In this document: positions 12,666 through 25,090 of the stretch, piece by piece
Position numbering within the stretch: position 1 is the stretch's first letter
Layout of the letters: each line of letters starts with the position of its first letter
From: Octopus vulgaris
Lineage: Eukaryota
Assembly: GCA_951406725.2 (NCBI GenBank)
Contig: OX597822.1
Location: 17,918,001 to 17,982,000, forward strand
Direction: 5' to 3'
DNA: 64,000 nucleotides
Program-made: the position numbers and the translations under genes
The notes under the pieces: model-generated
Seen by the model: the letters and a program-made list of their open reading frames with translations, nothing else
What the model was told of the DNA's origin: nothing
Databases searched by the model: none

Positions 12666-13990
12666 ACAGGGTGTTCAAGTTAAATTTGACAGTTTGCGTA
12701 AAAGGAAAATAAAACACAGTGCTCCATCCAAAAATGAATGTATTTAAAGAAATAGAAAACAAATTTCAACTAGAATATGGCTGGGTGATTAGAATTTACT
12801 CAACATGGCTCTGGAACCTGGTACATACATTCTTAATTGCATTCTTGGGAAAATTAAAAAAAGAAGAAATACCTCCTTGTTCTGGCTCCCAGCTCAGCCT
12901 TTGTATAGCAAGCAGGGAGTGGTGGTTTCTTCCTTAACTGTGATCCCCGCTTAGTAACCCATTCCATTATAACTGGGGGAATCAGAAGTCTAGAAATTGT
13001 GGTTGGTGAGGTTGTAGAAATTCTCTGACAATCACTTCTGACTCTTTCCAGAAATACAGCAAGACCTGAATCCTGCTGTCATATATATGGTTTTCCAGCA
13101 GCAACCCTTTCCAGTCAGGGATTGACCAGTGTCCAGCAGTGTTCTGAATTGATTGTAAAACCTTATTCAAAGATTTGGGGCAGCATGATGTCACCCTTAC
13201 CCAAATTCACACATTTTGGTGAGGAACTTGGATTTCATGATATCTTGGACATCTCATGGATTGTAGGCAAGTCACCTGTAGTTCTGAGTATTGTGCAACT
13301 AGTCCTGGCAGAAGTTTTTTTTTTTTTTTTTTGTCTGAGAAGCATCAGATCATCCCTGGTTCAACAGGATGCCTCAGCTTGTTCAGGAACCTTGCCTTCA
13401 TCAAGCAGTTGTCCCTTGAGGCTCTTGTATGAGTGGTAGCAAAGATTCTCAATCAGGGCCAACTTCATGTTGACAACCCCAGCCTCCATTACTTTTACCA
13501 TCATTCTTACCATCACCTTGTCCTGCATTTGTTTGGTGGATTCTGGCAGATGCAGATGCAGGCAAAACACCCGCTGCATCACCCCTGCTGACCACAGCAT
13601 TGCAGTTTCCATTGCAGCTGTCCATGTCACACTTTACAGTGTTTCATTGAACATTGAGCGGTTGATGGTTTTAACCATCATAAGTAATGAATGAAGAATT
13701 GCATGGAGGGAAACTCTGTTTTGTCCTTTTTTGTTTTTAAATTTTTGGTTGCAGGAATTTCAATTAATATGTCACAGTCAGGTGTCTGCTGTTATTTTTT
13801 TAGTTTTAGCACCACTCATCTATGACCTGCAAGAATTAGTGACCAGGTCACCTTTGGATGATAGTTTACGATCTGTGATTGAGCAAATATAGCATAAGAA
13901 AGGTTCCAATTCTGACCATTCCATATATTTTTACAGACACAATATAACCATCACTGCATTTGATGAACATGAGGGAAGTGTACCTACTAT
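12666..13990 (-). mobile_element. Degenerate Tc1/mariner (maT/DD37D-like) transposon remnant
   Basis: TA+cagggtgttcaagttaaatttgacag TIR-like end at 12666. Minus-strand remnants ...FSDKK..., GDIMLPQIF, LVNP*LERVAAGKPYI*QQDSG, SQK*LSENF. The second TIR was not found. Confidence 0.6.
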
Positions 13991-14404
13991 ATCTAGCTGG
14001 CCGTGTGACTGTATAAGAGGTAGAGTAAATAGCAGTGCTTGGCATCTCCTCATTTCAGTTGTGTGCAGAGATGTTGCATTACATATTCAGACAAATCATC
14101 CAACTCTATATTCTTCATTTAGTTGTCAAGAATAAGTAATTTCCTTTGCATTAAACCAGTGTTCTATCACAGAAAGATTTATTTCTCATCTACTTAATGC
14201 TGAGAAATCTGAGATAAGTCCTTATGAACCATTTACAGCTTAACAGACATTTATTGTTATTTTTAAATTCCATATTTCTAATTGTGGAAGCATTTATCTG
14301 AAAGCATTGCTTCTTTTATCATTTCAGATAATCCAGACTCGTTTTAATACATCATTTCCCTTGCTATTTCTCTTTTGTAATTCTATGCACGCGCGCACAC
14401 ACAC

Positions 14405-14461
<57 letters not shown>

Positions 14462-17400
14462 TATCAACAAATTGTTGCATTGTTGATTCTGTAAGCCCTT
14501 TTCTTGACTATTAAAGATAAAGATCCCTTTCATGGGTTTTCACCAAATCTATGGTGGATCAGTATATCAACCTTTGCTCATTTAATCCCATTCCTCAGAA
14601 TGGTTCTCAACCCTAATGCTATTCAATCAATTGCCATTTATTCCTTAGCTTCATAACACTCTTAATGCTTCTAATCCTCCGTGTGACTCTACCTTAATTT
14701 CTCTTGAGTCCCCTTCTTTCTATTGCCCCCACTTCATGTCATGGTGACCGCCAAGCTTTCACTGCTATGTTCACATTAATCTAAATAACTGTTCTGTGTG
14801 TTTGTTTTATTATATCAGCTTGCAATATTCCCTATTTTTGCCATTGTCCAGTACCCATAGAATACCTCATGGGAATTGCTCCATTTTATGTTACAAAGTC
14901 TAACTGTGCATTTCAGCAACATCATTTCACCTGAATATATTCCATGCCTCTTTAGCCTTGCATTCCAAATTCCCATAAATTATTTACTCAGTAGGGATCC
15001 GTTGATTGACATTCTGTTGGGCACCAAAATTCTATGTTTAGATGAAACGTTTGCACTATTCGTGTTGGTGGCACACTCCAGAAAATGAATCAGTAATTCT
15101 CGGAAGATTTCTTTAGAACCATACTTAATTAAAATATCCCACACATCTTATGTATATATTCTCTTTCGGCATCTTCAGTAAAAGCCTAGAAATATATTAC
15201 ATAAAGAGATAATTATAAAGAAACTTAACAAGTTTATAATTATTCTTTGAAGATTCTTCTGTTTCTTTAAGTTGTAGATCTCAAGAATGTTTCTTCTAAG
15301 GTGGAGCAGTAATTAGTTTTGTACCTTAATTATGAGCAGCATCTAGAGATGTGAAACACATCCAGTGGTTGCCATGCATAATGCTGTTTTCTATTTATAG
15401 AAATATTCCATATCTTCAGCATAGCATTAACACTTTGCCTTTTATGGTAGAATGTTAAACTCTAGAGAAAAACCAAGTGGGAATCTGAAAGCAATTATTT
15501 CATAGAGTTAAGTTGATTGTTTTAGCTAATTATTACAAAATAAGTAGAATCAAAGCAAAACTTTCTCTTTTGGTGAATCTTCGAAGAACTTTATTATTAT
15601 ATTTTTTATTTGAGTTATGAACTTAATAAATGAATAAATAAATGAAAATAAATAGAAATATAAAAAAAAGAAAGAAAAACACCCCTAAGGTGAATATGTT
15701 TGCATTTTGCTAAACTTATTATGATATCTGTATAATAAATAATTCTATGAATATTTTGAATGTTTCAAACAGATTTAAAAGAAATAAGTTGTGTTTAGAA
15801 TGTAGAAAAATTATTTGCTTGGAAACATAATATTTAAAAAGATTTTCTAAAAAATACAAACTTAAAACATAAAACATCCATATGTTTTCCATTTTTGTTT
15901 TTATATCCAAACTTATGTCCAAGAAGAAAAAAAATGGAAACAAAGAAATAATTTGCTGTTAGTTTTGATTGTTTTATCTTTTATTGTAATTATATTTTTT
16001 AAATGTTTAATTAGCTCAGCTTCGTCTTTAAATGTCTTCTATCTGATAATGTTTTGACAGACAGACATGAAATTTTACTTTTAGGATATAATTTATTCCT
16101 ATGTGGCAAACTTGAAAATCATTTTGTGTGTGTGTGTGTGTGTGTGCACATGTGTGTGAGTGTGCGTGTTCAGTAGAGTGAGTGAAAATTACTTAGAATC
16201 GGTGCACAAACATAAAGGCAAATTCTTTATACACAAGGGATTTTTATTTTTCACATTTTGTTTTTTTTAAATGTTATTTATTCTCTAAATTCTAAATTGC
16301 AATATCTTCTAATTTAATGACGAGTGAATATATATAACTTGGTTTACTGAAGTTAGCAAGAAAATGAAATAATTATATGTACACACACTAGGTGTGTGTG
16401 TGTGTGTGTGTGTGTAGGTGGTGAAAGAAAAAACATGGGCTTGAAATTGGTATTTCTTTATTAATAAATTAATTAAAGCCCATGTCCTTTTCTCTCATTC
16501 TTTGTCTGCTGTTTATATTAGGATCAGGTCCTCCTCAGACCATGTAGAAACCTGTGGGATCACACAATGGTGGGACCTTAATGCGATTGACAATAAGAAC
16601 CAAAACCCTGATTTCAGCCTTTCCTACTTCTGTTATGAAAGCGTGACTAATAAGGGGTTAAGAAACTTGACTTGCAACCATTTTTTTTGTTCAGTCCCAC
16701 TGCACAACATTCCAGGCAAATGTCTTCTGCTGTAGCCATAGGTTGACCAATGCCTCATGAGTGAATTTGGTTGCCAGAAACTGTGTGAAGCCCTTTGTGT
16801 GTGTGTTTGTGTCTGTATAAGAGAGAGAGAGTGATGATGATGATGATGATGGCTTTCAATCGTTCAATGAAGCTGCTTAATTTCTTTATTCAACTGAATT
16901 ACCTGCTCTTGAATTAATCCACAATCACCTGGTGAGTGTTCCACAGGTATGTGGTGCACCCACGAAAATAATTCCAAAGCTGAATCAGCTGACTACAGAG
17001 TCTGCAAAGGCCATATTCTTAAAATTACGAGTTCAATCCTCATAGCAGGCTTCTATGTGCAGTTTCTATCAACCTGGTTTCATTCAAGTTAAGATGTGAT
17101 CTGGGGTTGTTTGAAAATCACAATGGCCCCTGCTGCCATGCTGTGAGTCTGCAACTAGAAAACAAAGCTTTTTTTACCATCCAAACATTCTGCATCTGTA
17201 AACATGCACATGCACACACACACACATCTTTGTTCATTTATAATTTATGAGTCTCATCCATTAGACCAAAACCTGGGACCCCAGATTCAAATGTTTTCTC
17301 TCTTCTATGGACTCCAATACTTATTTCAAGCTGGTGCTTCACTTATAGATCGATATTTGTCAACTCCTAAGTGAAAGTTTCTGATACAACATCAATGTTT

Positions 17401-17483
17401 ATATAAATAAACATTAATGCAGGCATGGTCACAGACGTACATACAAACATACATACACATACACATAAACCTACATAGATATA

Positions 17484-17905
17484 CAGAAGTGGCTGTGTGG
17501 TAAGAAGCTTGCTTCCCAACCACATGGTTCTGGGTTCACTCCCACTGCATGGCATCTTAAGCAAGTGGCTTCTACTATAGCCTTCAGCTGACCAAAGCCT
17601 TGTGAGTGAAGTTGGTAGACGGAAACTGAAAGTAGCCTGTCGTATACATATATATATGTATGTATGTACGTATGTACGTATGTATGTATGTATGTATATA
17701 TGTATTTGTGTGTCTGAGTTTGTCCCCCACACCATAGATTGACAACTGATGTTGGTGTGTTTATGTCCCCATAATTTAGCGGTTCGGCTAAAGAGACCTA
17801 TAGAATAAGTACTACTGGGGTCATTTTTTTTTTACTAAAGGTGGTGCTCCAGCATGGCCGCAGTCAAATGACTGAAATAAGTAAACAGCTAAAAGAATAA
17901 AAGAA
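17484..17905 (+). mobile_element. tRNA-derived SINE, tail type A
   Basis: A-box-like gtggctgtgtggtaag, B-box-like ggttcactccc, central (TA/TG) microsatellite, tail ccagcatggccgcagtcaaatgactgaaataagtaaa...aaagaataaaag. Confidence 0.85.
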
Positions 17906-18275
17906 GACATATAAGTTAGTAAATCTTGTCATTTCTATGGAATTCCAAAGAAAATTGTTGCGCTGTCATCTTGAGTTTTCCTCTTCACTTTTGTGTTCTG
18001 CATTATAATGAGGAGTAATGGTTCCTTGTTGTAAATTCATTTTGTAGACAAAAGACGATTTTGAATGAGTATTGTGTATGTATGTGTGTGTGTGAGAGAG
18101 AGAGGGAGTATGTGTGTAATATACTTTTACAAGTGAAAGGGTGATATTGACTTTGAAGTTTAATAACCATGCTCTCCAACAAAAAGTATTGAGCAATTCT
18201 TCAGTTTAAAAGTTAAATTGTTTTTACATGTAACTTGACTTCAAAACAAACGTTACTATATATATACATACATAC

Positions 18276-18332
<57 letters not shown>

Positions 18333-18419
18333 CACAATGAATTGTCGCTCAAAGATATTACCAACTGTATATACATGTAGTTGGTAATGTCTCTGTGTGA
18401 CTGTTTACTGTTTGGTGAC

Positions 18420-18850
18420 ACTCAAACTTAAACCACCCAGAAGATTCAGCAATGATGCCATGGGTAAAATTCAGATGAAAGACTGGTATGATTGCTTCAA
18501 ACCTGGCCACACCACAGCAGAGAATGAGGTACATTCAGACAGGTCATCCACAAGCTGAAACAAGGAGCCTGTTAAGAAGTTCAGCAAATAGTCATAGAAG
18601 ATCGTCATGTGGCAATCCAAGAAATTGTTCATGAAGTAAGCCAAATCCTGCTGCCACACATAAAGGCCTACCAGCTGCAACCTTCTCAGCCAGGGTTTGC
18701 TTGCAGTCTCCAGTAGCTTCACATATCTCTCTAAATTAAGCCTAAGGCCTTATTCAGAGTTGTGGGATGGCATGATGTCACCCTCATTCCTCATTGGGGA
18801 CATACCCAAAGACATTCATGGTACTTTTCATGATGTCCATTTCACATCTT
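18420..18850 (-). mobile_element. maT/Tc1-mariner transposase fragment
   Basis: NEGDIMPSH....LRLNLERYVKLLETASKPWLRRLQLVGLYVWQQDLA is homologous to the remnant at 13000-13300. Confidence 0.6.
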
Positions 18851-20224
18851 ACAACCTCTACAGCTTGCACAGAGCATTGAGCAGCTGTTGTTGGCCTTTT
18901 TAGACTCAGTGTGACTTATCATTAAACCAGTAACTCTTTTTCAATGTTCAGATGTCTTCCACTGAGCTAACTTTTTCTCAACTACAGCTTTAGTCTTGAG
19001 GCTGACAGCCCAACAGCTGCTCAATGCTCTGTGAAAACTGCAAAGGTTGTAAGGTGTAACATGGACATCATGAAAGTCAAGTTCCTCCCGACTGGGAATG
19101 TCTTTGGGTGTGCCTCCAGTGAGGGTGACATCATACCATCCCACTACTCTCCAAAGCTGTTGTAGATGACACTTCTCTCAACAGTGTTGCTGGAGAGCAA
19201 ACTTATTGACCATATCCTGTCAACATGTGCTTGTATGTGTTTGTCTGTCTGTGTATATGCAGATTGACATGATTGACAAAAAGAAAATTTTGAGAGCAGT
19301 GCTCCAGTCTGACCAGAGCTAAATGAAGGAAACCATCTAAAGAACAGAATAAGTAATAACAAAAATGTAAAGTGACGATAAAAAAAATGAAAAATAAAAC
19401 AGAAATGCTTGTGTTGAAAATTTGCAATATTTCTTTTTTTTTTAATGGAGAGGGAATAAATAAATAAATAAATAAAATTGTTTAAAACCTTTGTATTGAA
19501 CCTTTGAACTCTGTTTGTTTGCAAATTAACCTGCCAAAGTGAAGAAATGTTGCAACATATTTCAGATTTTTTTGACCAAACTGCTTGGGTTGAAATGTTT
19601 AGATGTTGTTGTTGTTATTCTTCTTCTTCTTCTTCTTCTTATTATTATTATTATATTAGAAACAATTATTTTTGTCATCATCATCGTCATCATAACCACC
19701 ACCACCACCACCCTCATCATCATCATCTCATCGTTATTTTTATTCCTGATTAAAAAGTAATCACTTTTAGACACTGACCTCTCTTTCTCGATTACTTCTC
19801 ACCTGTTTTTATTTATTTTTTTTAATACTTTTTTTTTGCTTCCTTTTATTTTACTTTTTATCCTTGTGATTTGCAACTAAGTAAATTATTATTATTTTCA
19901 TTATATTTTTATTTAATGATTATTATTTATTTTTTTTTGCTTTTTGTAATTCCATTATCTTAATCAATTATGTTGACTACTGGGTATTGTTTTGCATCAT
20001 ATTTTATTTTTTTACTTTATTTTTCATTTCAATTTCTTTCTTTTTTTCCTTATAATTTTCTGTCTTTTTTCTGTTTTTGCTTTCTTGGTCCACTGACATT
20101 ACCAGGAAATGTTTCAGTTTTGATCTGTATGAAAAATCTAGTCTTTGTCTTTCATTAGACATGACAGAATGTGTCTGTCCAACTTGTGCTTAAGATTTAT
20201 ATATTTATTTATATAATCATATAT

Positions 20225-20264
<40 letters not shown>

Positions 20265-20589
20265 ACTTATGTGTGTATACATATATGTATATAATTATAT
20301 ATACATATATATGTATGTATACTTATGTATGTGTATATATATGTATATAAGTATATATACATATATATCTATGTATACATATGTGTATGTATACATATAT
20401 ATGTGTCTGTATATGTATGTGTGTGCATTATATTTTATTAATTCCTGTTATAATTATTGCGTCTGTTTTATTTTGTAGTTTTTTGGGGGTTTTTTAAATT
20501 TTATTTTCTGAAAGGTTTGCATTAGTAAAAGAATAATAATAATGATAATAATAAATGCAGTATTAATAAAATAGTAATAATTGCAAAAT

Positions 20590-20930
20590 AGAACTAGACA
20601 GACCATACTATGGAAGCTAGGAGAGCAGATATGATTGTAGCGGACCAAAAATACAGCGTAATATCATAGATTTTGCAATTCTGTAGAATAACAGAGCAAA
20701 TACCAAAGAAAATAAGGAATAGCAGGATGTTGACTGAGAGATGAAGAGGTTGTGGAAGAGTAAGATAACAATTATTCCTGTGGTAATTGGTGCACAGCTT
20801 GAGAAGTTCAATCTAAGACTCTGAAAAAAGTGCCCTGCTGTATTCTTCAAAAATCTTAGAAAGATTATTGAAACTTTTCTTCAAAACACCATCCCTACTA
20901 ATTGATATAGCATGTAATAGCTTCATCATA
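20590..20930 (+). mobile_element. 3' fragment of an R4/Dong-clade LINE (RLE region)
   Basis: QTDHTMEARRADMIVADQK..IIDFAI...EMKRLWKSKITIIPVVIGA...KSALLYSSKILRKII. Flanked by (AAT)n. Confidence 0.7.
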
Positions 20931-20939
20931 ATAATAATA

Positions 20940-21113
20940 ATCCTTTCTACCATAGGCACAAGGCCTGAAATTTGGGAGAGGGGTATAATCTATTACATCA
21001 ATCCCAGTATGCAACTGGTACCTGTTTTATCGACCCCGGGAGGATGAAAGGCAAATCAGCCTCAGTGGAACTGGAACTCAGAACATAAAGACAGACGAAA
21101 TGCCACAAAGCAT

Positions 21114-21115
<2 letters not shown>
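20940..21115 (-). mobile_element. SINE (60289 family), 5' truncated
   Basis: Reverse complement contains gcctttcatcctcccggggtcgataaaacaggtaccagttgcatactggg and the tail ggccttgtgcctatggtagaaaggattattatt. Confidence 0.75.
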
Positions 21116-21144
<29 letters not shown>

Positions 21145-21145
21145 G

Positions 21146-21335
21146 TCATCGTTTAACGTCTGTTTTCCATGCTGGCATAGGTTGAACAGTTTGAGTGGGG
21201 ACTGGCAAGCTCGGAGGCCTCACTAGGCTCCAATCTGATCTGGCAGTATTTCCACAGCTAGGTGCCCGTTCTAACACCAACCACTCTGAGAGTGTAGTGG
21301 GTGCTTTTTATGTGTCACTGGCATGGGAGCCAGTG
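21146..21335 (-). mobile_element. RTE LINE 3' tail fragment
   Basis: catcgtttaacgtctgttttccatgctggcataggttg...gagagtgtagtgggtgcttttta is the reverse complement of the 340-524 tail. Confidence 0.7.
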
Positions 21336-21849
21336 GGACAGCACTATGTTTTCTTGATTAACCACAAAGTATTTGCAAAAGATTGAGGATAGTAGAGGAC
21401 AATGCAATGTGGAACGACATGAAAGAGAAGGTAAACCGAAAAATAAGGGTAACAATTTTAGCATTGAATAATTCCATTTCAGAGGGAGGCTTCAAAGAGC
21501 TCCTCATGACCACCCCTCCAACCAACCACCCACAAACACTTCTCCTCACCATTAAGACTTCTCTCTTTTATTCTCCTTCACTCTACAGCTGCTTGCACAG
21601 AGTTGGTTCACTCACTTGGGCCATATTTACCACTCACATCCATCTTTAATCAAATGAGTGGTGTGACAGTACTCCTGTCTTTCTCTTCACTTTCCTTTAG
21701 ATATGGAAATAGAGATAACCATGTCTGCTCTGTTAGGTCTCAGGGTTAAACAACAGCACAAGAGCCTTGCTGCAGGTTTGAACCTGTGGCTCATTGGTTA
21801 GCAGTCGAATGGCAGACGTATCCTTGTTTTCTGGTCCTCTCCTAGGTAC

Positions 21850-21966
21850 CACATTGTGGGACTGTGTGACACTTTGAGCAATTGTCTTCTGGTGTAACCC
21901 TGGGCTAAACAAAACCTTGTGAGTGAGTTTCATTGATGAAAACTGAAAGAAGCTTATTGTGTGTGC

Positions 21967-22009
<43 letters not shown>

Positions 22010-22223
22010 TGTCTTTGCATTAATGTTTGTCCCCACCATAGCTTGATAACTGATGTTGGTTTGTTTACATCCCTATAACTTAGTAGTTCAGCAAAAGAGA
22101 CCAATAGAATAAGTACCAGGGTTTAAAAAATAAATGCTGAGTCTAATTGTTCAACTAAAACGTTTGAGGTATTGCCCCAACGTGGCCACAGTCCAATGAC
22201 TGAAACAAGTAAAAGAATAAAAG
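21850..22223 (+). mobile_element. Degenerate SINE, tail type A
   Basis: ccttgtgagtgag...aaactgaaagaagc, (TG)(AG) tract, cagcaaaagagaccaatagaataagtacc...tggccacagtccaatgactgaaacaagtaaaagaataaaag. Confidence 0.7.
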
Positions 22224-23589
22224 ATACAAAGAATTCTGGAAAAAGAAAATAACCAGAAAAAATAATTATACACATTTTATTTGTTTTCAGTGTGTGTGTG
22301 TGTAAGTGTTGTCCACTTGTATGTCAACAATTTCCTTAGTTGTCCCAGATGAGAATATAAATGTTGAGTGTTATATTTGCAGCATAGCAATAACAGGTTG
22401 TTTGAAGGCAGGGGCACACATAAATATATTAAGTCACACACGCACACAAATACAGGATTTAGTCAGTTACAAAAGCAAAATCTGTGTGTGTGTGTGTGTG
22501 TGTACTAATATAGGGATTCAATTACTCCGTGTAATGCTGAAGTATTTAACATATCTGAAATGATTCGTTCATAAACTTGTGGTAATCAGAAGCAGAGAAT
22601 GCTGACAAAAGAGCATCCAGCTGTCACCACCAGCAAAATGCATTTCATTAATTCCTGAAATAAAGAAACATTTTGAAATTACAATATGTAGACATGTTGC
22701 TTTCAGAATACAAAAGAATGTTTTTGCCTCCCCCAATAAAAGAAAAGAAAATGAAATGAATACCCCACTCCCGATACAAAGGATTGAAATAACGACAATA
22801 ATAATAATCATCATAACAATAATAATGTTGATAATAATAATAGTGAAAATCAATTTAAATAGAAATGGGAAAAGAAAGTTTGTAAAATAAAAAAAAGAAA
22901 CTGAGAAACTCAGCCAGCAGAGGAGAGCAGTTAATTGTGACATAAAGTGCAAATAATTGTAATCATGTTTATGCATGAATGAGTTTGGTTTCGTGATGGT
23001 GGTGGAGGTGGCGGAGGGGGAGGGGGGTACGAGTGGAGTGCGAGGTGTGGGTGGTGGTGGAAGCGAGGTTAACAAAAGAAAACTATTTTCAAGCATTCTA
23101 CTCACATTTTTTATTAAAATGGGTTTAGAACGAAATCACTTTTTGGTGGGCATGAAAGGTTGGAGGGGGTGGTGGGTGTTGTGGGAACAAGTGCAAAAAA
23201 GGGTGCTTGGTGGAGGGGTGGGGGTATTGTAAAAAAATATATATATTACAAGATTGTGTTAGTATATGAATGAAAAATATGCATGGATGAATTTTTTTTA
23301 TGTAAACATGTATTTGTGTTTATACACAAACCCAAACACACGTTTGTATGTGTCTGCATATATATATATATAGACACACACACACATATATATATAATAG
23401 TTGCAAATACAGCTGTATGGGTACAGAGTTCACTTCTCAACCACATGGTCAGTGTGTTGGGCCCATTGTATAAAACTGTTAGTTAGCAATCTATACTATA
23501 CACTGGTTCACCAATAGCTTTGTTAGTCAAGCTGGTAGACAGAAACTGAAGAAGCATGTCTCACATAGACACACACACACACACACATA

Positions 23590-24075
23590 TGGGCCTCTTG
23601 CTCAGAGTGAAACACAGATTGTATGATGCTTATTTGTAAACAGCTATGCTACACAACAGCGAAACACGAGCTGTGACTGCTGAGGATATGCAAAGGCTTA
23701 AAAGAAATGAAGCCAGTATGCTTCACTGGATGTGCAGTGTCAGTGTCCATGTACGACAAAGTGTGTGCATCTTGAGAGAAAATTTGTGCATAAGAGGCAT
23801 CAGATGTGGTGTGCAAGAGATGCGGCTATGTCGGTATGGTCATGTGATGCTTATGTATGAGCACAATTATGTGAAGAATTGCTGATTTCTAACTGTGGAG
23901 GGAAATTGTGGAAGAGGTAGAGCCAGGAAGACATGGGACGAGGTGGTGAAGCATGATTTTTGAATGTTGGGCCTCACAGAGGCAAAGACAAGTAACTGAG
24001 AAATTTGACAATACACTAATACTTGGGAAGACTGATCAAGCTGAGTGAAATTATAGTCGTGGCCAATGCTGGAGT
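23590..24075 (+). mobile_element. RTE LINE RT C-terminal fragment
   Basis: LHNSETRAVTAEDMQRLKRNEASMLHWMC...RLCRYGHVM...VEGNCGRGRARKTW; homologous to 58150-58621 (-). Confidence 0.75.
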
Positions 24076-24079
24076 CACG

Positions 24080-25090
24080 TAACTTGCTCATATGTTCCTG
24101 GTAAATAATGAGTTGGTCCCTGACACCCAGCATGGCTTCTGCTCTGGAAGAAGCTGCCCTACAAAGCATTTGCAGCATTATGACCGGGTGTTGAAGCAAT
24201 TAATAAATCACTCAAACATGGATGTGAAATATATTTACTTTGCAAAGTCCTTTGATAAGGTTGAACATGGGATGATATGTCATGCTACAGAGATTCAGCC
24301 TAGTTGGAAAACTGAGAGAGTGATTACATGACTTCTTAAAAGACAGAAGCCAAGTTGTGGCAGCCAATGGGGTCCTTTCCAAGGAGACAGTAATAGCAAG
24401 TGCAGTGCCTCAGGGCCACTGCTGTTTATGACAGCCCTTTCAGACATTCCATCAGTTACACAGACAGCCACACTTATAAGCTATGCCAACTACACAAAAG
24501 TAGTACAAGCAGTCAAGGAATCTCTCATTGCTTATCTTCTACAGAAAGACCAAGATGCTATATATATATGTGTGTATATGGGAAAAAGAAAACAACATGC
24601 AATTTAATGCAGGAAAATTCTCTCTGCTTTCAGCTAACCTGTGCTATCGTACTGTAACGAATATACAAAAGGAGTGACAGTCCTGAAGTCAAGTACAGTA
24701 CAGAATCTGGAAATTGATGTAAGCAACAAGCCTAATTTCATATGCATATCTACAAGGTAGTGGCAATGTGCAGGCGAATGGCCAGATGGATTCTGAGAAT
24801 TTTCAGAACAAGGTTTCAGTAAACTATGCTGATTCTATGGAGGACATTTGTTGTTGGTCATTTTGCACAAATGCTTTGAACTGTGGTCACCCCATAGTAT
24901 CAAATTAATAGTGGAACTTGAGGCAGTTCAGTGGTGAAACAGCTGAGTTACCGGGAGTGACTGAAAGGGCTACAATTCTACTCCCTGGAGTGGAAAGGAG
25001 AGAGATATGCAGTGACATACAAATGGAAGATCATGGAGGGGTTGGCACCAACTTTGGCATTGAGAGTAACTGGACATTACTACACCATTA
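24080..25090 (+). mobile_element. Heavily decayed CR1-clade LINE RT
   Basis: TQHGFCSGRSCPTKHLQHYDRVL...MDVKYIYFAKSFDKVEHG and downstream WILRIFRTR; homologous to 30570-31500. Confidence 0.7.

Noticed and set aside
12666-14050. Complete maT element with paired TIRs
   Set aside because: The second TIR was not found, so it is reported only as a remnant.
22569-23232. ORFs of 178 and 85 aa and a G-rich tract
   Set aside because: Low-complexity (AAT)n and GGT-rich sequence with no domain motifs. G-quadruplex potential alone is not distinctive.
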